Of a DNA stretch of 64,000 nucleotides, positions 20,989 through 31,085 are shown piece by piece (the stretch's first letter is position 1; every line of letters starts with the position of its first letter). Both the position numbers and the translations under genes were made by a program. The notes beneath the pieces are model-generated. The model was not told where the DNA came from and searched no databases. It saw only the letters and a program-made list of their open reading frames with translations. This DNA is from Spirochaetia bacterium (GTDB lineage Bacteria > Spirochaetota > Spirochaetia > SZUA-6 > Bin103): the NCBI GenBank assembly GCA_965199955.1, contig CBDATQ010000001.1:1088001-1152000 (forward strand). The letters run 5' to 3'.

Positions 20989-21683
20989 GCCAGCCGCGCG
21001 ACCTGATCGCGGAGGCCGTGGTGTTCGACCTTGACGGCACCCTGTATCCGACCCGCCGGGCGGCGGCGCGATCGTGGCGCCTGGTGTTGCGGAACGCGGC
21101 TCTGTTTCGGGCCTTCCGCGAGGTACGCATCGAGATTCGTTCGATCCGTCCGATCGCCGACCTGCATGGCCTGCAGGCTGACCTCGTGGCCGAACGCATG
21201 GGGATCACGGCCGCCGCCGCGCGCGCACGGATCGACGACGTCGTGTACACGCGGCTGCCAGCCGCGCTGCGGGGTGTGCGTCCGTATCCCGGCGTGTCGC
21301 GCGCGCTCACCGCGCTGCGGGATCATGGAGCGAAGGTCGGCGTTCTGTCGGACATGCCGCCGGCCGCCAAGCTGGGTGACATGGGGCTGGGACGACTGTC
21401 CTGCGCGGTCACCTCGGAAGCGACCAATTACCTGAAGCCCAATCCGGAGCCGTTCGGGTACGTCTCCGGCCTCCTGCAGGTGCGCCCGGAGCGAACGCTG
21501 TACGTCGGGAATGACTACCGGTACGACATCCTCGGCGCTGGCGCGGCAGGAATGCTGACCGCGCACCGAGCGCGCCGGGCGGAGCCGGGCAGCCGTGCGG
21601 GATTCACCTTCCGGCGCTACGATTCGCTGCTGCAGGCGATGGGCTCCGCCGGCATCGGACTGCCGGCAGAACGTTCTTCGTGA
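20985..21683 (+). CDS. HAD-superfamily hydrolase
   Basis: FDLDGTL, KPNPEPF, YVGNDYRYD. Confidence 0.9.
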   Translation: MSQPRDLIAEAVVFDLDGTLYPTRRAAARSWRLVLRNAALFRAFREVRIEIRSIRPIADLHGLQADLVAERMGITAAAARARIDDVVYTRLPAALRGVRPYPGVSRALTALRDHGAKVGVLSDMPPAAKLGDMGLGRLSCAVTSEATNYLKPNPEPFGYVSGLLQVRPERTLYVGNDYRYDILGAGAAGMLTAHRARRAEPGSRAGFTFRRYDSLLQAMGSAGIGLPAERSS

Positions 21684-21687
21684 TTCG

Positions 21688-21715
21688 TTGACAGTAATCG
21701 CTGGACGGCCATAAT
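21688..21715 (+). promoter_or_regulatory. Putative sigma70 promoter TTGACA-N16-CATAAT
   Basis: Directly upstream of GGAGG SD and ATG 21743. Confidence 0.55.
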
Positions 21716-21742
21716 ATCGGGCATCCCGCTGGGAGGGGATAC

Positions 21743-22336
21743 ATGCCTATCTTCGGGCCTGGAGATGCAATCACGATTCTGGTTGTGCTGGCGGTCGTCC
21801 TCGTGTTTCGCCAGCTCGACCGCAACAACCGTTCGCTCGAAAAGGTAAAGCGGTACGGAGACCGGGTCATGCAGACCTTGTCGGCGTTCGTGGAGAAGAA
21901 GAGTTCCGAAATCAAGGACCTCGCCATCGAGGTGCAGATCAGTGTCAAGCAGGGCAAGGAGTTGCTGCGTTCCGTTCGCGAGGTCCAGGAGGACCTCGCC
22001 GCTCGCAGCCGGGATCTCGAGGAGCGTTCCGCGGAGATCGAGGCGATTCACAGCCGCATCGACGGATATGACACCGCGCTGGCCGAGCTGGTCAAGATGA
22101 GCGAGCGGGTGGACGACAATCTGCGCCGGCTCCGCGGTGAAGACGAACGCCTGCGCCGGGTCGACGAGCAACGCTCGACCCTTCAGGAGCGTATCGTCGG
22201 CCTGGACTCGACCGTAGCCTCGATCGAAGGACGGCAGTCCGGGTGGCAAGCGGAGGTGGTCAAGCGCCTCGACGAGCTGCAGGACCGCATGGATGCGCTG
22301 GAGCGACGCGCCGAGCACGTCCGCGGCCGTTGTTGA
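21743..22336 (+). CDS. Membrane-anchored coiled-coil protein resembling the N-terminus of spirochaete SpiroCoCo (BB0512-like) proteins
   Basis: N-terminal TM then FRQLDRNNRSLEKVKRY and heptad repeats; family call from memory. Confidence 0.7.
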   Translation: MPIFGPGDAITILVVLAVVLVFRQLDRNNRSLEKVKRYGDRVMQTLSAFVEKKSSEIKDLAIEVQISVKQGKELLRSVREVQEDLAARSRDLEERSAEIEAIHSRIDGYDTALAELVKMSERVDDNLRRLRGEDERLRRVDEQRSTLQERIVGLDSTVASIEGRQSGWQAEVVKRLDELQDRMDALERRAEHVRGRC

Positions 22337-22430
22337 CGGTGCTTTCGGGGCCCTATTATCTTCCATCATCCACTTTTGACGGCAACCGGGACGTGGCCCG
22401 CTTCGTCCCGCGGGGTTGATCCTACTAGAG

Positions 22431-23165
22431 ATGAGCGACAACGGAAACACGACAGGGCCGGTAGACGGGACAGGGCCGGTATCGGGCGAGGACGCAGGTG
22501 CTCCGCCGGCGGGAGATCCGCAGCGGCCGGATGAAGCGGCGGCCGACACGCCGCCGGCCGCGGAAGCCAGCGGTGATGGCGGCGAAGACAGGGCGGGCGG
22601 TCAGGTAGCTGCCGCTTCGGAACGGGACTTGACCGCGGAGGTGGCTGCCCTGCAGGACCAGCTCCTCCGCAAGCAGGCGGACTTCGAGAACTTTCGCAGA
22701 CGGCTGCATCGCGACAAGGATGAGGCCATCCGCTACGCGAACGCCGGGGTTCTCCTGGACCTTGCGGACATCATCGACAGCCTCGAGCGTGCCATCCAGA
22801 CCGGCGAGGACGCCGACGTCGCGTCCCTGCGCGATGGCGTGTCGTTGATCGAAAAGCAACTGACCGGTCTGTTGGAGCGCAAGTGGGGGTTCTGTCGCTT
22901 CATCTCCAAGGGTGAGCCGTTCGACCCGGAACGGCATCAGGCGATAGCGTCAGAAGAGTCCGGAACCCACGAGGTTGCCACCGTGGTCGAGGACTACCAA
23001 AGAGGCTACCTGCTGCACGATCGTGTGGTGCGCCCGGCGCGGGTCAAGGTCGCGCAACCGCTCTCAGGCTCGAACGAGGATCCGGCAGGCCCACAGGACG
23101 ATGGGGCTGCCGACACCGTCAAGAACACGGACAACACGAATGCGGACAGAGAGGAAGGCGAATAA
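22431..23165 (+). CDS. grpE: Nucleotide exchange factor GrpE
   Basis: [31 protein letters not shown]. Confidence 0.96.
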   Translation: MSDNGNTTGPVDGTGPVSGEDAGAPPAGDPQRPDEAAADTPPAAEASGDGGEDRAGGQVAAASERDLTAEVAALQDQLLRKQADFENFRRRLHRDKDEAIRYANAGVLLDLADIIDSLERAIQTGEDADVASLRDGVSLIEKQLTGLLERKWGFCRFISKGEPFDPERHQAIASEESGTHEVATVVEDYQRGYLLHDRVVRPARVKVAQPLSGSNEDPAGPQDDGAADTVKNTDNTNADREEGE

Positions 23166-23166
23166 C

Positions 23167-25134
23167 ATGGGAAAGATCATCGGCATCGACTTGGGAACCA
23201 CCAACTCCTGTGTTTCGGTGATGGAGGGAGGCGAGCCGACGGTGGTGCAGAACTCCGAGGGTCAGCGCACCACCCCGTCGATCGTCGCGTTCACGGACAA
23301 GGGGCGTCTGGTGGGCCAGCCGGCGAAGAACCAGATGGTCACCAATCCGGAACGGACGGTGTATTCGATCAAGCGCTTCATGGGCCGCCGTTTCGACGAG
23401 GTGCCGGAAGAGATCAAGATGGTGCCGTATCGGGTCACCGACTCGGGCAACGACGTCCGCGTCCATATCGACGACAAGCAGTACTCGCCGCCCGAAATCG
23501 CGGCCGCTGTGCTGCAGAAGATGAAGGAGACGGCGGAGAACTACCTCGGCGAAACGGTGACCGAGGCGGTGATCACCGTCCCCGCCTACTTCAACGACTC
23601 GCAGCGGCAAGCGACCAAGGATGCCGGGCGGATCGCCGGCCTCGACGTCAAGAGGATCGTCAACGAGCCGACGGCCGCAGCGCTCGCCTACGGGCTCAAC
23701 AAGGAAGGCTCCGAGGAGAAGATCGCCGTCTACGACCTTGGCGGCGGCACTTTCGACATCTCCATCCTCGAACTAGGCGACGGCGTATTCGAGGTCAAGT
23801 CCACCAACGGCGACACCCACCTGGGAGGGGACAACTTCGACCAGCGGGTCATCGACTGGCTCATCACCAGCTTCAAGAGCGACACCGGCATCGACCTGAC
23901 CAACGACCGGATGGCGCTGCAGCGCCTCAAGGAGGCGGCTGAGAAGGCCAAGATCGAGCTTTCCGGAACGCAGAGCACGGAGATCAACCTGCCGTTCATC
24001 ACCGCGGACTCCTCCGGCCCCAGGCATCTGCAGTACACCCTGACGAGGGCCAGGTTCGAGCAGATGATCGAAGATCTGGTGCAACAGACGCGGCGCCCCT
24101 GCGAGCAGGCCATCAAGGACGCCGGCGTGAGCGCGGACGAGATCGACCAGGTCATCCTGGTGGGCGGATCGACCCGCATTCCGGCGGTCCAGCAGTTGGT
24201 TGCCGGGTTGTTCGGGAAGGATCCGAACCGTGGTGTCAATCCGGACGAGGTGGTCGCGGTCGGAGCGGCCATCCAGGGCGGTATCCTGGGAGGGGACGTC
24301 AAGGACGTCCTGCTGCTGGACGTCACGCCGCTGTCGCTCGGGATCGAGACGCTGGGGCAGGTGTTCACACGGCTGATCGAGCGCAATACGACGATCCCCA
24401 CTCGCAAGAGCCAGATCTTCTCCACGGCTGCCGACAACCAGACCGCGGTCTCCATTCACGTACTGCAAGGGGAGCGCGAGATGGCGACGCAGAACCGCAC
24501 GCTCGGCAGGTTCGATCTGATCGGGATTCCGGCGGCTCCCCGTGGCGTTCCGCAGATCGAGGTCGCCTTCGACATCGATGCCAACGGGATCGTCCACGTG
24601 TCCGCCAAGGATCTCGGTACCGGCAAGGAACAGAAGATCCGCATCGAGTCTTCCTCCGGACTCTCCGAGGACGAGATCGAGCGGATGGTGAAGGACGCGG
24701 AGGTCCACGCGGACGAAGACAAGAGCGCCCGGGAGGCCGCCGAGGCCAGGAACGAGGCGGACAGCCTGATCTACGCCACCGAGAAGTCGCTCAGCGACTT
24801 CGGTGACAAGGTGGGCGCGGACGACAAGGAGAAGATCACCACCGCGATCGCGGAACTGAAGCAGGCGGTCGAGGGCAACGACAGCGCCACGATCAAGGAG
24901 AAGACCGAGGCGCTCAAGCAGGCTTCCCACAAGCTCGCCGAAGAGGTGTACCGGGACGCTCAGCAGAAGGCATCGGCCGAATCGGGCGCTTCCGGCGCCG
25001 GCACGCAGGATGCCGGCGCCGGGAGCGACGCGCAGAGTGATGCCGACCAGGGAGCCAACGGCAAGGGGGCGGGGGCCGGTTCGGTTCAGGACGCCGACTA
25101 CGAGGTGGTCGACGACGACGAGAAGCGCGGCTAG
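23167..25134 (+). CDS. dnaK: Chaperone DnaK
   Basis: [35 protein letters not shown]. Confidence 0.99.
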   Translation: MGKIIGIDLGTTNSCVSVMEGGEPTVVQNSEGQRTTPSIVAFTDKGRLVGQPAKNQMVTNPERTVYSIKRFMGRRFDEVPEEIKMVPYRVTDSGNDVRVHIDDKQYSPPEIAAAVLQKMKETAENYLGETVTEAVITVPAYFNDSQRQATKDAGRIAGLDVKRIVNEPTAAALAYGLNKEGSEEKIAVYDLGGGTFDISILELGDGVFEVKSTNGDTHLGGDNFDQRVIDWLITSFKSDTGIDLTNDRMALQRLKEAAEKAKIELSGTQSTEINLPFITADSSGPRHLQYTLTRARFEQMIEDLVQQTRRPCEQAIKDAGVSADEIDQVILVGGSTRIPAVQQLVAGLFGKDPNRGVNPDEVVAVGAAIQGGILGGDVKDVLLLDVTPLSLGIETLGQVFTRLIERNTTIPTRKSQIFSTAADNQTAVSIHVLQGEREMATQNRTLGRFDLIGIPAAPRGVPQIEVAFDIDANGIVHVSAKDLGTGKEQKIRIESSSGLSEDEIERMVKDAEVHADEDKSAREAAEARNEADSLIYATEKSLSDFGDKVGADDKEKITTAIAELKQAVEGNDSATIKEKTEALKQASHKLAEEVYRDAQQKASAESGASGAGTQDAGAGSDAQSDADQGANGKGAGAGSVQDADYEVVDDDEKRG

Positions 25135-25137
25135 GAA

Positions 25138-25172
25138 TCTGTCGGATGGCCCATGGTGCCAATCCGGACAGA
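25138..25172 (+). other. Intercistronic stem-loop between dnaK and dnaJ
   Basis: TCTGTC-GGAT...ATCC-G-GACAGA imperfect inverted repeat with no U-tract. Confidence 0.45.
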
Positions 25173-25255
25173 CGCTCAGGGTGGCGCTCACGGTGGACGG
25201 ACTGACCACCTGCGGTGGTGACCGCCGCGGCGACACCGCAGGACGATAGCTCAGG

Positions 25256-26383
25256 ATGGCCAAGCGGGATTACTACGAGGTCCTGGGGCTGGACCGCTCC
25301 GCGGAGATCGACGAGATCAAGAAGGCGTATCGCAAGCTGGCGGTGCGCTACCACCCGGACCGCAACGCCGGCGACGGGCAAGCCGAAGAGCGCTTCAAGG
25401 AGGCCACCGAAGCGTACGACGTGCTGGCCAATCCGCAGAAGAGGCAAGCCTACGACCAGTTCGGCTTTGCCGGGGTGGACGGCATGGCCGGGGGCCAGGC
25501 GCACGACTTCTCACACGTGTTCCGCGACTTCGAGGACATTTTCGGGGACGTCGGCAGCATTTTCGACTCGTTCTTCACGCGCACCGATCGGCGGCGTGGA
25601 GGACACCGCGGCGCTGCGGGCCGTGGAGGCGATCTGCGCTACGATTTGCGCGTTCCGTTCGAACAAGCGGTGTTCGGCACCAAGGCAGAGATCGCCTACC
25701 GTCGTCAGGAGGCGTGTTCCCGCTGCGACGGTAGCGGCACCGAGGGCAGCAGCGGCCGCAGCATCTGTCCGACCTGCGGCGGCTCCGGTCAGGTGCGCCG
25801 CAACTCCGGGTTCTTCTCGATCGCCACGTCCTGCCCCTCATGCGGGGGGGAGGGGGAGGTGATCGAGAACCCATGCCGCGTGTGCCGGGGAACCGGACGC
25901 GAACAGAAGGAACGAAGACTGCGGGTGACCATCCCGGTCGGCATGGAGGACGGCAAGCGCATCCAGATCAACGGACAGGGGGACGAAGGCATCGGTCGTG
26001 CGCCGGCCGGCGACCTGTATGTCTTCGTGCACGTGGAGCCGCACGCGTGTTACCAGCGCCATGGCGATGACCTGTACTGCGTGATCCCACTGGCGTTCAC
26101 CCAGGCCGCGCTGGGAACCTCGATCCTGGTCGGCACGCTCGACGACCGGCGTATCCGGGTCAAGGTTCCGGCCGGAACGCAACCGGGCAGACTGCTGCGG
26201 GTGCGGGGCGAGGGAGTGCCGCATCTGGACAAACCCGGTCGGCGCGGGGACCTGTATATCAAGGTCGCGGTGACGGTCCCGGACAGACTCTCGTCGCACG
26301 CCAGGAAACTGCTCGGCGAGGTGGCTGAAGTGGTCGGAGAGGAGTCGAGCCCCGAGCCGGTGCCGCTCGCCGAATTGGAGTAG
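25256..26383 (+). CDS. dnaJ: Chaperone DnaJ
   Basis: HPD J-domain, four CxxCxGxG repeats. Confidence 0.98.
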   Translation: MAKRDYYEVLGLDRSAEIDEIKKAYRKLAVRYHPDRNAGDGQAEERFKEATEAYDVLANPQKRQAYDQFGFAGVDGMAGGQAHDFSHVFRDFEDIFGDVGSIFDSFFTRTDRRRGGHRGAAGRGGDLRYDLRVPFEQAVFGTKAEIAYRRQEACSRCDGSGTEGSSGRSICPTCGGSGQVRRNSGFFSIATSCPSCGGEGEVIENPCRVCRGTGREQKERRLRVTIPVGMEDGKRIQINGQGDEGIGRAPAGDLYVFVHVEPHACYQRHGDDLYCVIPLAFTQAALGTSILVGTLDDRRIRVKVPAGTQPGRLLRVRGEGVPHLDKPGRRGDLYIKVAVTVPDRLSSHARKLLGEVAEVVGEESSPEPVPLAELE

Positions 26384-26389
26384 CCGGCC

Positions 26390-27688
26390 ACGGTACACCC
26401 CATCACCGTCGGGGCGATCGCACTCATCACCTTGGCGGTACCTCTGGGCGTGGCGGCCGCATGGCAGCGGCGCTGGACGTGGACCGGTGTCTGGCAGGTC
26501 GCGTTGCTTGCGACGCTGGCGGTGCGGGCGATCGGCAGGCTGATGCCGGACGGCACGGTCGTTGAGATCCTGAGCGCCCAGGGGGTGATCTGGTTCTCCG
26601 GAGCGTGGTTGGCGGTCCGTGATCGCGGGGTCTCGCCTCGTGTGTGGCACGCGTTCTGCGTTTCACTGATCGTGCAGAACTGCCTGACTTCGGCGTTTGG
26701 TCTGCAAGGCACGGTGCCCGCATTGGCGCTGTCCTCGTTGACGCTTGCCGCCTCTGCGGCTGCCGGACCGCTCCAATTGCTGGCCTCGGGTACGATCGCT
26801 ACCCGACCTCGCGGGCGTGTCGTCGTGGTTTCGTTCGCCTCTCTGGCGGTGGCGGGCGCGCTGTACGAGCGCTGGACGGACCAACTCGGTCTGCCGCGCC
26901 TCGCGCCCGGCCTCTGGTGTGAGCTGGCTTTGCTGGCTGCCGCGGTGGTGGCGAACCAACTGTATACCGGCCCGTTCCGGCCTCGATACGTGGATGCCGC
27001 TCGCGCCGAGCTTGCCGAGTCCGAAGAGCGCTTGCAGATGCAGAGCCGCCTCGCGTCGGTCGGCCAGTTGGCCACCGGGGCCGTGCATGGAGTCAAGAAT
27101 GCGCTGTCCGCAATCGGCTTGGCGGCCGACTGGGGAACGGCGGCGGGTACGGACGCTGACGCACAGCGGAGCCTGCAGCTCATCCGCCGCAACGTCCGCG
27201 CAGCGCATCAGGACCTGGAACGGCTGCTGCGCGAGATCAAGGACGACGAGGCGCGGGACGCGGACGTTACGGAGGTGGTCCAGGCGGTCGCCGAATCCAT
27301 GCGCATCGCCGTGCGGCCGCATCGGGCGACCCTGCAGGTCGACCTGCAGCCGGGACTCATGGCCGCGATCGGGCCGAGCGACCTGACCATCGTGGTTTCC
27401 AGTCTGGTAGAGAATGCTGCCCGCGCCGGCAGAGGATCACCAACCACGATCCGCGTCGCGTCGTGGCGAGGGACCGCCGGCACGGTGATCGTGGAAGTGA
27501 TCGACGACGCAGGCGGGATGGACGCCAAGACCGCGACTGCCGCGTTCGAGCTGGGTAGCTCGGGAGACGAGAGCACGGGACTGGGTCTGCCCTTGAGCAG
27601 CAAGCTCGTCGAGAGCGCCAGCGGTGAGCTCAAGTGGCATCCCGTGGAGGGTGGCTCGCGCTTCACGATCGAGCTTCCCGAGGCATAG
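26390..27688 (+). CDS. Membrane-bound sensor histidine kinase, no response regulator nearby
   Basis: Multiple N-terminal TMs; H-box AVHGVKN, N-box LVENA, G1 DDAGGM, G2 TGLGL; start ACG 26390 or TTG 26432. Confidence 0.85.
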   Translation, partial: TVHPITVGAIALITLAVPLGVAAAWQRRWTWTGVWQVALLATLAVRAIGRLMPDGTVVEILSAQGVIWFSGAWLAVRDRGVSPRVWHAFCVSLIVQNCLTSAFGLQGTVPALALSSLTLAASAAAGPLQLLASGTIATRPRGRVVVVSFASLAVAGALYERWTDQLGLPRLAPGLWCELALLAAAVVANQLYTGPFRPRYVDAARAELAESEERLQMQSRLASVGQLATGAVHGVKNALSAIGLAADWGTAAGTDADAQRSLQLIRRNVRAAHQDLERLLREIKDDEARDADVTEVVQAVAESMRIAVRPHRATLQVDLQPGLMAAIGPSDLTIVVSSLVENAARAGRGSPTTIRVASWRGTAGTVIVEVIDDAGGMDAKTATAAFELGSSGDESTGLGLPLSSKLVESASGELKWHPVEGGSRFTIELPEA

Positions 27689-27703
27689 GCGATACGGCGC
27701 GCG

Positions 27704-28753
27704 ATGGAGATCGGGGACCCGGGCGTGGGCGTACGGACGGCGACCAGCCGAAAGTTCCTGGGCTGCAAGCGGCGCCTGGCTCGCTGGATCGCGGACTCCA
27801 TGTTCGCCGTCGCCGGGACCCCCGCATCCTTTCTGGATGGCTTCTGCGGGACCGGTGCGATCGGCCTGGAGATGCTGTCCCGAGGGGTGGGCGGCGTCAC
27901 GTGCGTCGACAATCTGCGTTCGAACACGTTGATCCTCGACGGAGTGCTGTCCCGCACCGACCCTGAGCGGCTGCACCCGGCGCTGCGCGATCTCAACTCG
28001 ATGCTGCCGAGGTCCGGCTATGCGACGCGGTGGTACTCGGACACCTACTTCACGCGTGAGAACTGCATGCGGATCGACGCCATCCGTCCGGGGGTGGACG
28101 TGCTCCTCGCCTCCGGAGTGATCGGCCCGGCCGAGCGGTCGTGGCTGCTTGCCAGCCTGCTGCTGGCATGCGACCGGGCGGCCAATACCGTCGGCCAGTA
28201 CGACGCGTATCTCAAGCACCTCGGCAGCAGCCCATTCCGGGGCGGCCGTCACGTGGTCGACGCACGCGTGTACGAACCTCTGCGCCTCGTGCCGATTCGC
28301 ACGATCGACGCACCGGAAGCGAGCGTGCTCACCGGAGACCTCCTCGACATTGCACCGAGCATCGAGGCTGACATCGTCTACCTCGATCCTCCCTACACGA
28401 CGCGGCAGTACGTCGACAACTACCACGTGCTGGAGAACATCGCGCGATGGCAGCGGCCCGAGCTGTCGGGGAAGACGCGGAAGTTCCCCCGCGGCCGGCT
28501 CAAGAGCCCGTTCAGCACCCGGCGCGGCGCAGCGGGAGCGATCGCCGCGCTGCTCTCGGCGCTGCGCGCGAGGTGGATCGCGGTCTCGTACAATTCGGAG
28601 GGCATCGTGCCCATCGCCGATCTGGTCTCCCTGGCTCGCCGGCATGGAACCGTACGCACGTTCTCGCGTCCGTACCCGGTGTTTGGACGCGGCGCGGGCG
28701 TGGCCCGGCGCCGGTCGGTGACCGAATACCTCGTGATGATCGGGCCCCGGTGA
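27704..28753 (+). CDS. D12-class N6-adenine DNA methyltransferase
   Basis: KFLGCKRRL, DGFCGTG (motif I), YLDPPY (motif IV), SYNSEG. Confidence 0.9.
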   Translation: MEIGDPGVGVRTATSRKFLGCKRRLARWIADSMFAVAGTPASFLDGFCGTGAIGLEMLSRGVGGVTCVDNLRSNTLILDGVLSRTDPERLHPALRDLNSMLPRSGYATRWYSDTYFTRENCMRIDAIRPGVDVLLASGVIGPAERSWLLASLLLACDRAANTVGQYDAYLKHLGSSPFRGGRHVVDARVYEPLRLVPIRTIDAPEASVLTGDLLDIAPSIEADIVYLDPPYTTRQYVDNYHVLENIARWQRPELSGKTRKFPRGRLKSPFSTRRGAAGAIAALLSALRARWIAVSYNSEGIVPIADLVSLARRHGTVRTFSRPYPVFGRGAGVARRRSVTEYLVMIGPR

Positions 28754-29616
28754 TGAGCACGGGCAAGCAGGAGCTGTTCCATCCCGACGGCCGCTCCCGC
28801 GGGTTCTACTCGGAGCGCAACCGGCTGAACGACCTCACCGGCAAGGAGTGGCTGTACTGGACCCGTTCGGTGATCAGCCGCCCGTATCCGATCGACCATC
28901 AGCACCATATACGGCGAGCCCATGGCGGCCAGAAACCGCCGGAGCTGTGCGCGGATCTGGTCCGCGTTTTCAGCAAGGCGGGCGAGTCTGTGCTCGATCC
29001 GTTCATGGGCGTGGGCGGCGTGTTGATCGGGGCGGAACTCGCCGGCCGGAACGCCACGGGGATCGACATCAACCCGCACTGGATCAGCCTGTATCGGCAG
29101 GTCTGCAGCCTGGAGGGGCTGGGAGGGCTGGAGACCCTTGCGGGCGATGCCCGGGAGGCGCTCCCGAAGCTGCGCGGCCGCCGCTTCCAGTTGATTCTCA
29201 CCGACGTTCCGTATTGGCAGATGGAGACTGCGCCGCGGTCGAAAGGGGAGTTCAAGCGGGTCGGACAACCGGCCGCTCCCCGGCGGCCCACGCGGCTGCA
29301 CGGCCACAGCGACATCCGATATCCGAGCAAGCAGGCGTGGCTCGATGCCATGGGAAGGATCTTCATGCAGGCAACCGTCCTCCTGGACCGCAACCGCTAT
29401 CTCGTGACGTTCATCGGCGACATGTATCTGCAAGGCCGCTACCATTGCCTGTCCGCGGAACTGGGCGAAACCCTCAGCGCCATTCCCGGCCTGGTATGGA
29501 AGGCCAATCTCGTCTGGTACGACGTCGCCAAGGCGCTGCATCTGTACGGCTACCAGTACGCTTACATCCCCTCCATGGTGCATCAGAACATCCTGGTGTT
29601 ACGCAAAGAGCGATGA
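28753..29616 (+). CDS. Amino (N4-C/N6-A) DNA methyltransferase-like protein
   Basis: HGGQKPPEL, VLDPFMGVGG, GIDIN, TDVPY; TGATG coupling to the upstream MTase. Confidence 0.82.
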   Translation: MSTGKQELFHPDGRSRGFYSERNRLNDLTGKEWLYWTRSVISRPYPIDHQHHIRRAHGGQKPPELCADLVRVFSKAGESVLDPFMGVGGVLIGAELAGRNATGIDINPHWISLYRQVCSLEGLGGLETLAGDAREALPKLRGRRFQLILTDVPYWQMETAPRSKGEFKRVGQPAAPRRPTRLHGHSDIRYPSKQAWLDAMGRIFMQATVLLDRNRYLVTFIGDMYLQGRYHCLSAELGETLSAIPGLVWKANLVWYDVAKALHLYGYQYAYIPSMVHQNILVLRKER

Positions 29617-29638
29617 TGCGGAAGGGAGGCGGACAGGT

Positions 29639-30397
29639 ATGAGCCACGCTCGCCATCGTTACGTCCATGGATTCCGGGCGATCGAGGAACTGCTGTCGGC
29701 TCCTTCGCCCGGCGGCGTGCTCATGCTTGCGCGCGCCGGGGCTCGACACAGAAAGCTGGCGCAACTGGCGGCTGAGTCGGGAGTGCCCGTCCGGCGAACG
29801 AGCGACGGTGAGCTGAGCCGGCACGTCGACCCGGAGCGGCATCGGGGCGCGTTGTTGCGGGTCCGTTGCCGTCAATCACGAACGGATGACCGGCGACTGG
29901 AAGAGATCGCGGCTCGAACCGACAGCCACGCCCTGGTTCTGGCCGTCGACGGGGTCACGGATACCGGCAATCTGGGAGGGATCCTCCGTTCCGCGGAATG
30001 CTTCGGCGTCGACATCGTGGTGCTGCAGGCGGACCGCGCCGCGGCCGTCAGTCCGGCGGCGATTCGCGCGGCTTCCGGGGCCACGGCCTACCTGACGATC
30101 GCCACGGTCACCAACCTGGCGCGGGCGCTCACGCGCCTTCAGCGGGCTGGATTCTGGGTAGTCGGGGCCGATCTCGACGGACAATCCCTGGATGGGTATC
30201 GGTTCGCGGAGCGCAGCGTCGTCGTCGTGGGGGCGGAGGGATCCGGGATCCGCCCGGGCGTTCGCGCGCATTGCGACGCGCTGGTGACTGTCGAGACGGC
30301 CGGCAGTGTCGGCTCGCTCAACGTGAGCGTGGCTGCCGGGATCGTGTTGTATCGAGCGGCGCGCTCCCATGCTGCCGCCTGTCGCACGGGTCCCTGA
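29639..30397 (+). CDS. rlmB: 23S rRNA (G2251-2'-O)-methyltransferase, SpoU/TrmH family
   Basis: DTGNLGGILRSA, GAEGSG, SLNVSVA. Confidence 0.85.
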   Translation: MSHARHRYVHGFRAIEELLSAPSPGGVLMLARAGARHRKLAQLAAESGVPVRRTSDGELSRHVDPERHRGALLRVRCRQSRTDDRRLEEIAARTDSHALVLAVDGVTDTGNLGGILRSAECFGVDIVVLQADRAAAVSPAAIRAASGATAYLTIATVTNLARALTRLQRAGFWVVGADLDGQSLDGYRFAERSVVVVGAEGSGIRPGVRAHCDALVTVETAGSVGSLNVSVAAGIVLYRAARSHAAACRTGP

Positions 30398-30437
30398 CCG
30401 GGACCCTTCGCCGGAGGCGAGGCGACCGGAGTCCTGT

Positions 30438-31054
30438 CTATCGGTTGCCGCGGTAGGCGGCAGCGATGTCGTGGCGGTACCAGCCGCCGTGGAAGCGGAT
30501 CCGCTCCGCCAGTTCGTAGGCGTGGGCGGCAGCCGCCCCGAGGTCGGAGCCGAATCCCACCGCGGAAAAGCACCGGCCTCCGCCGGTGACCACTCGACCG
30601 TCGCGAGTCCGCGTGCTCGCGTGAAAGATCAGCCCGCGGTCAGGGTCGGCGACCGGCAGGTCCACGGGAAAGCCGGTCTCGTACCGCTCGGGGTAGCCGC
30701 CGGAAGCGACCACCACGCACGCGGCTGCGCGATCCTGGGGTGGAACGTCCGGCAGCCGTCCCGCCGCGACGGCATTGAGCAGCGAGGCCAGATCGGTGTT
30801 CAGGGAGGGAATGAGCACCTGCGCTTCCGGGTCTCCGAAGCGGACGTTGTACTCGATCACCCGAGGACCGTCCTCGGTGACCATCAGGCCACGGCGTCCG
30901 GGTCAAGCGGGTTCAGTGAAGCGATATTCCCGGGGATCTCCACGGTGCCGGCGTTGCCGGGGGCGGCGTACAGCCGGCTGACTGTCGAGCTGCGTGACAG
31001 GCCCCAACCCAGGTCGCTCTCCCGTGCCCCGGAGCCGATCACGAGCGCGTTCAT
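30438..31054 (-). pseudogene. purD: Phosphoribosylamine-glycine ligase remnant with internal deletion and frameshift
   Basis: 56-codon N-terminal piece MNALVIGSGARE...APGNAGT (31054-30887) joined out of frame to C-terminal GLMVTEDGPRVIEYNVRFGDPE (to 30438). Confidence 0.88.
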
Positions 31055-31085
31055 CCGCGCCCCGACGAGTGCTTCGGGTGGCCGG

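Noticed and set aside
22337..22430. CIRCE operator or RNA thermometer before grpE-dnaK-dnaJ
   Set aside because: No TTAGCACTC-N9-GAGTGCTAA; the GC-rich hairpin present does not clearly cover the ribosome-binding site.
25256..27688. dnaJ and the histidine kinase are in frame across one TAG (read-through fusion)
   Set aside because: DnaJ is complete, the kinase has its own SD and N-terminal TM, and there is no recoding signal; an in-frame arrangement has a 1-in-3 chance.
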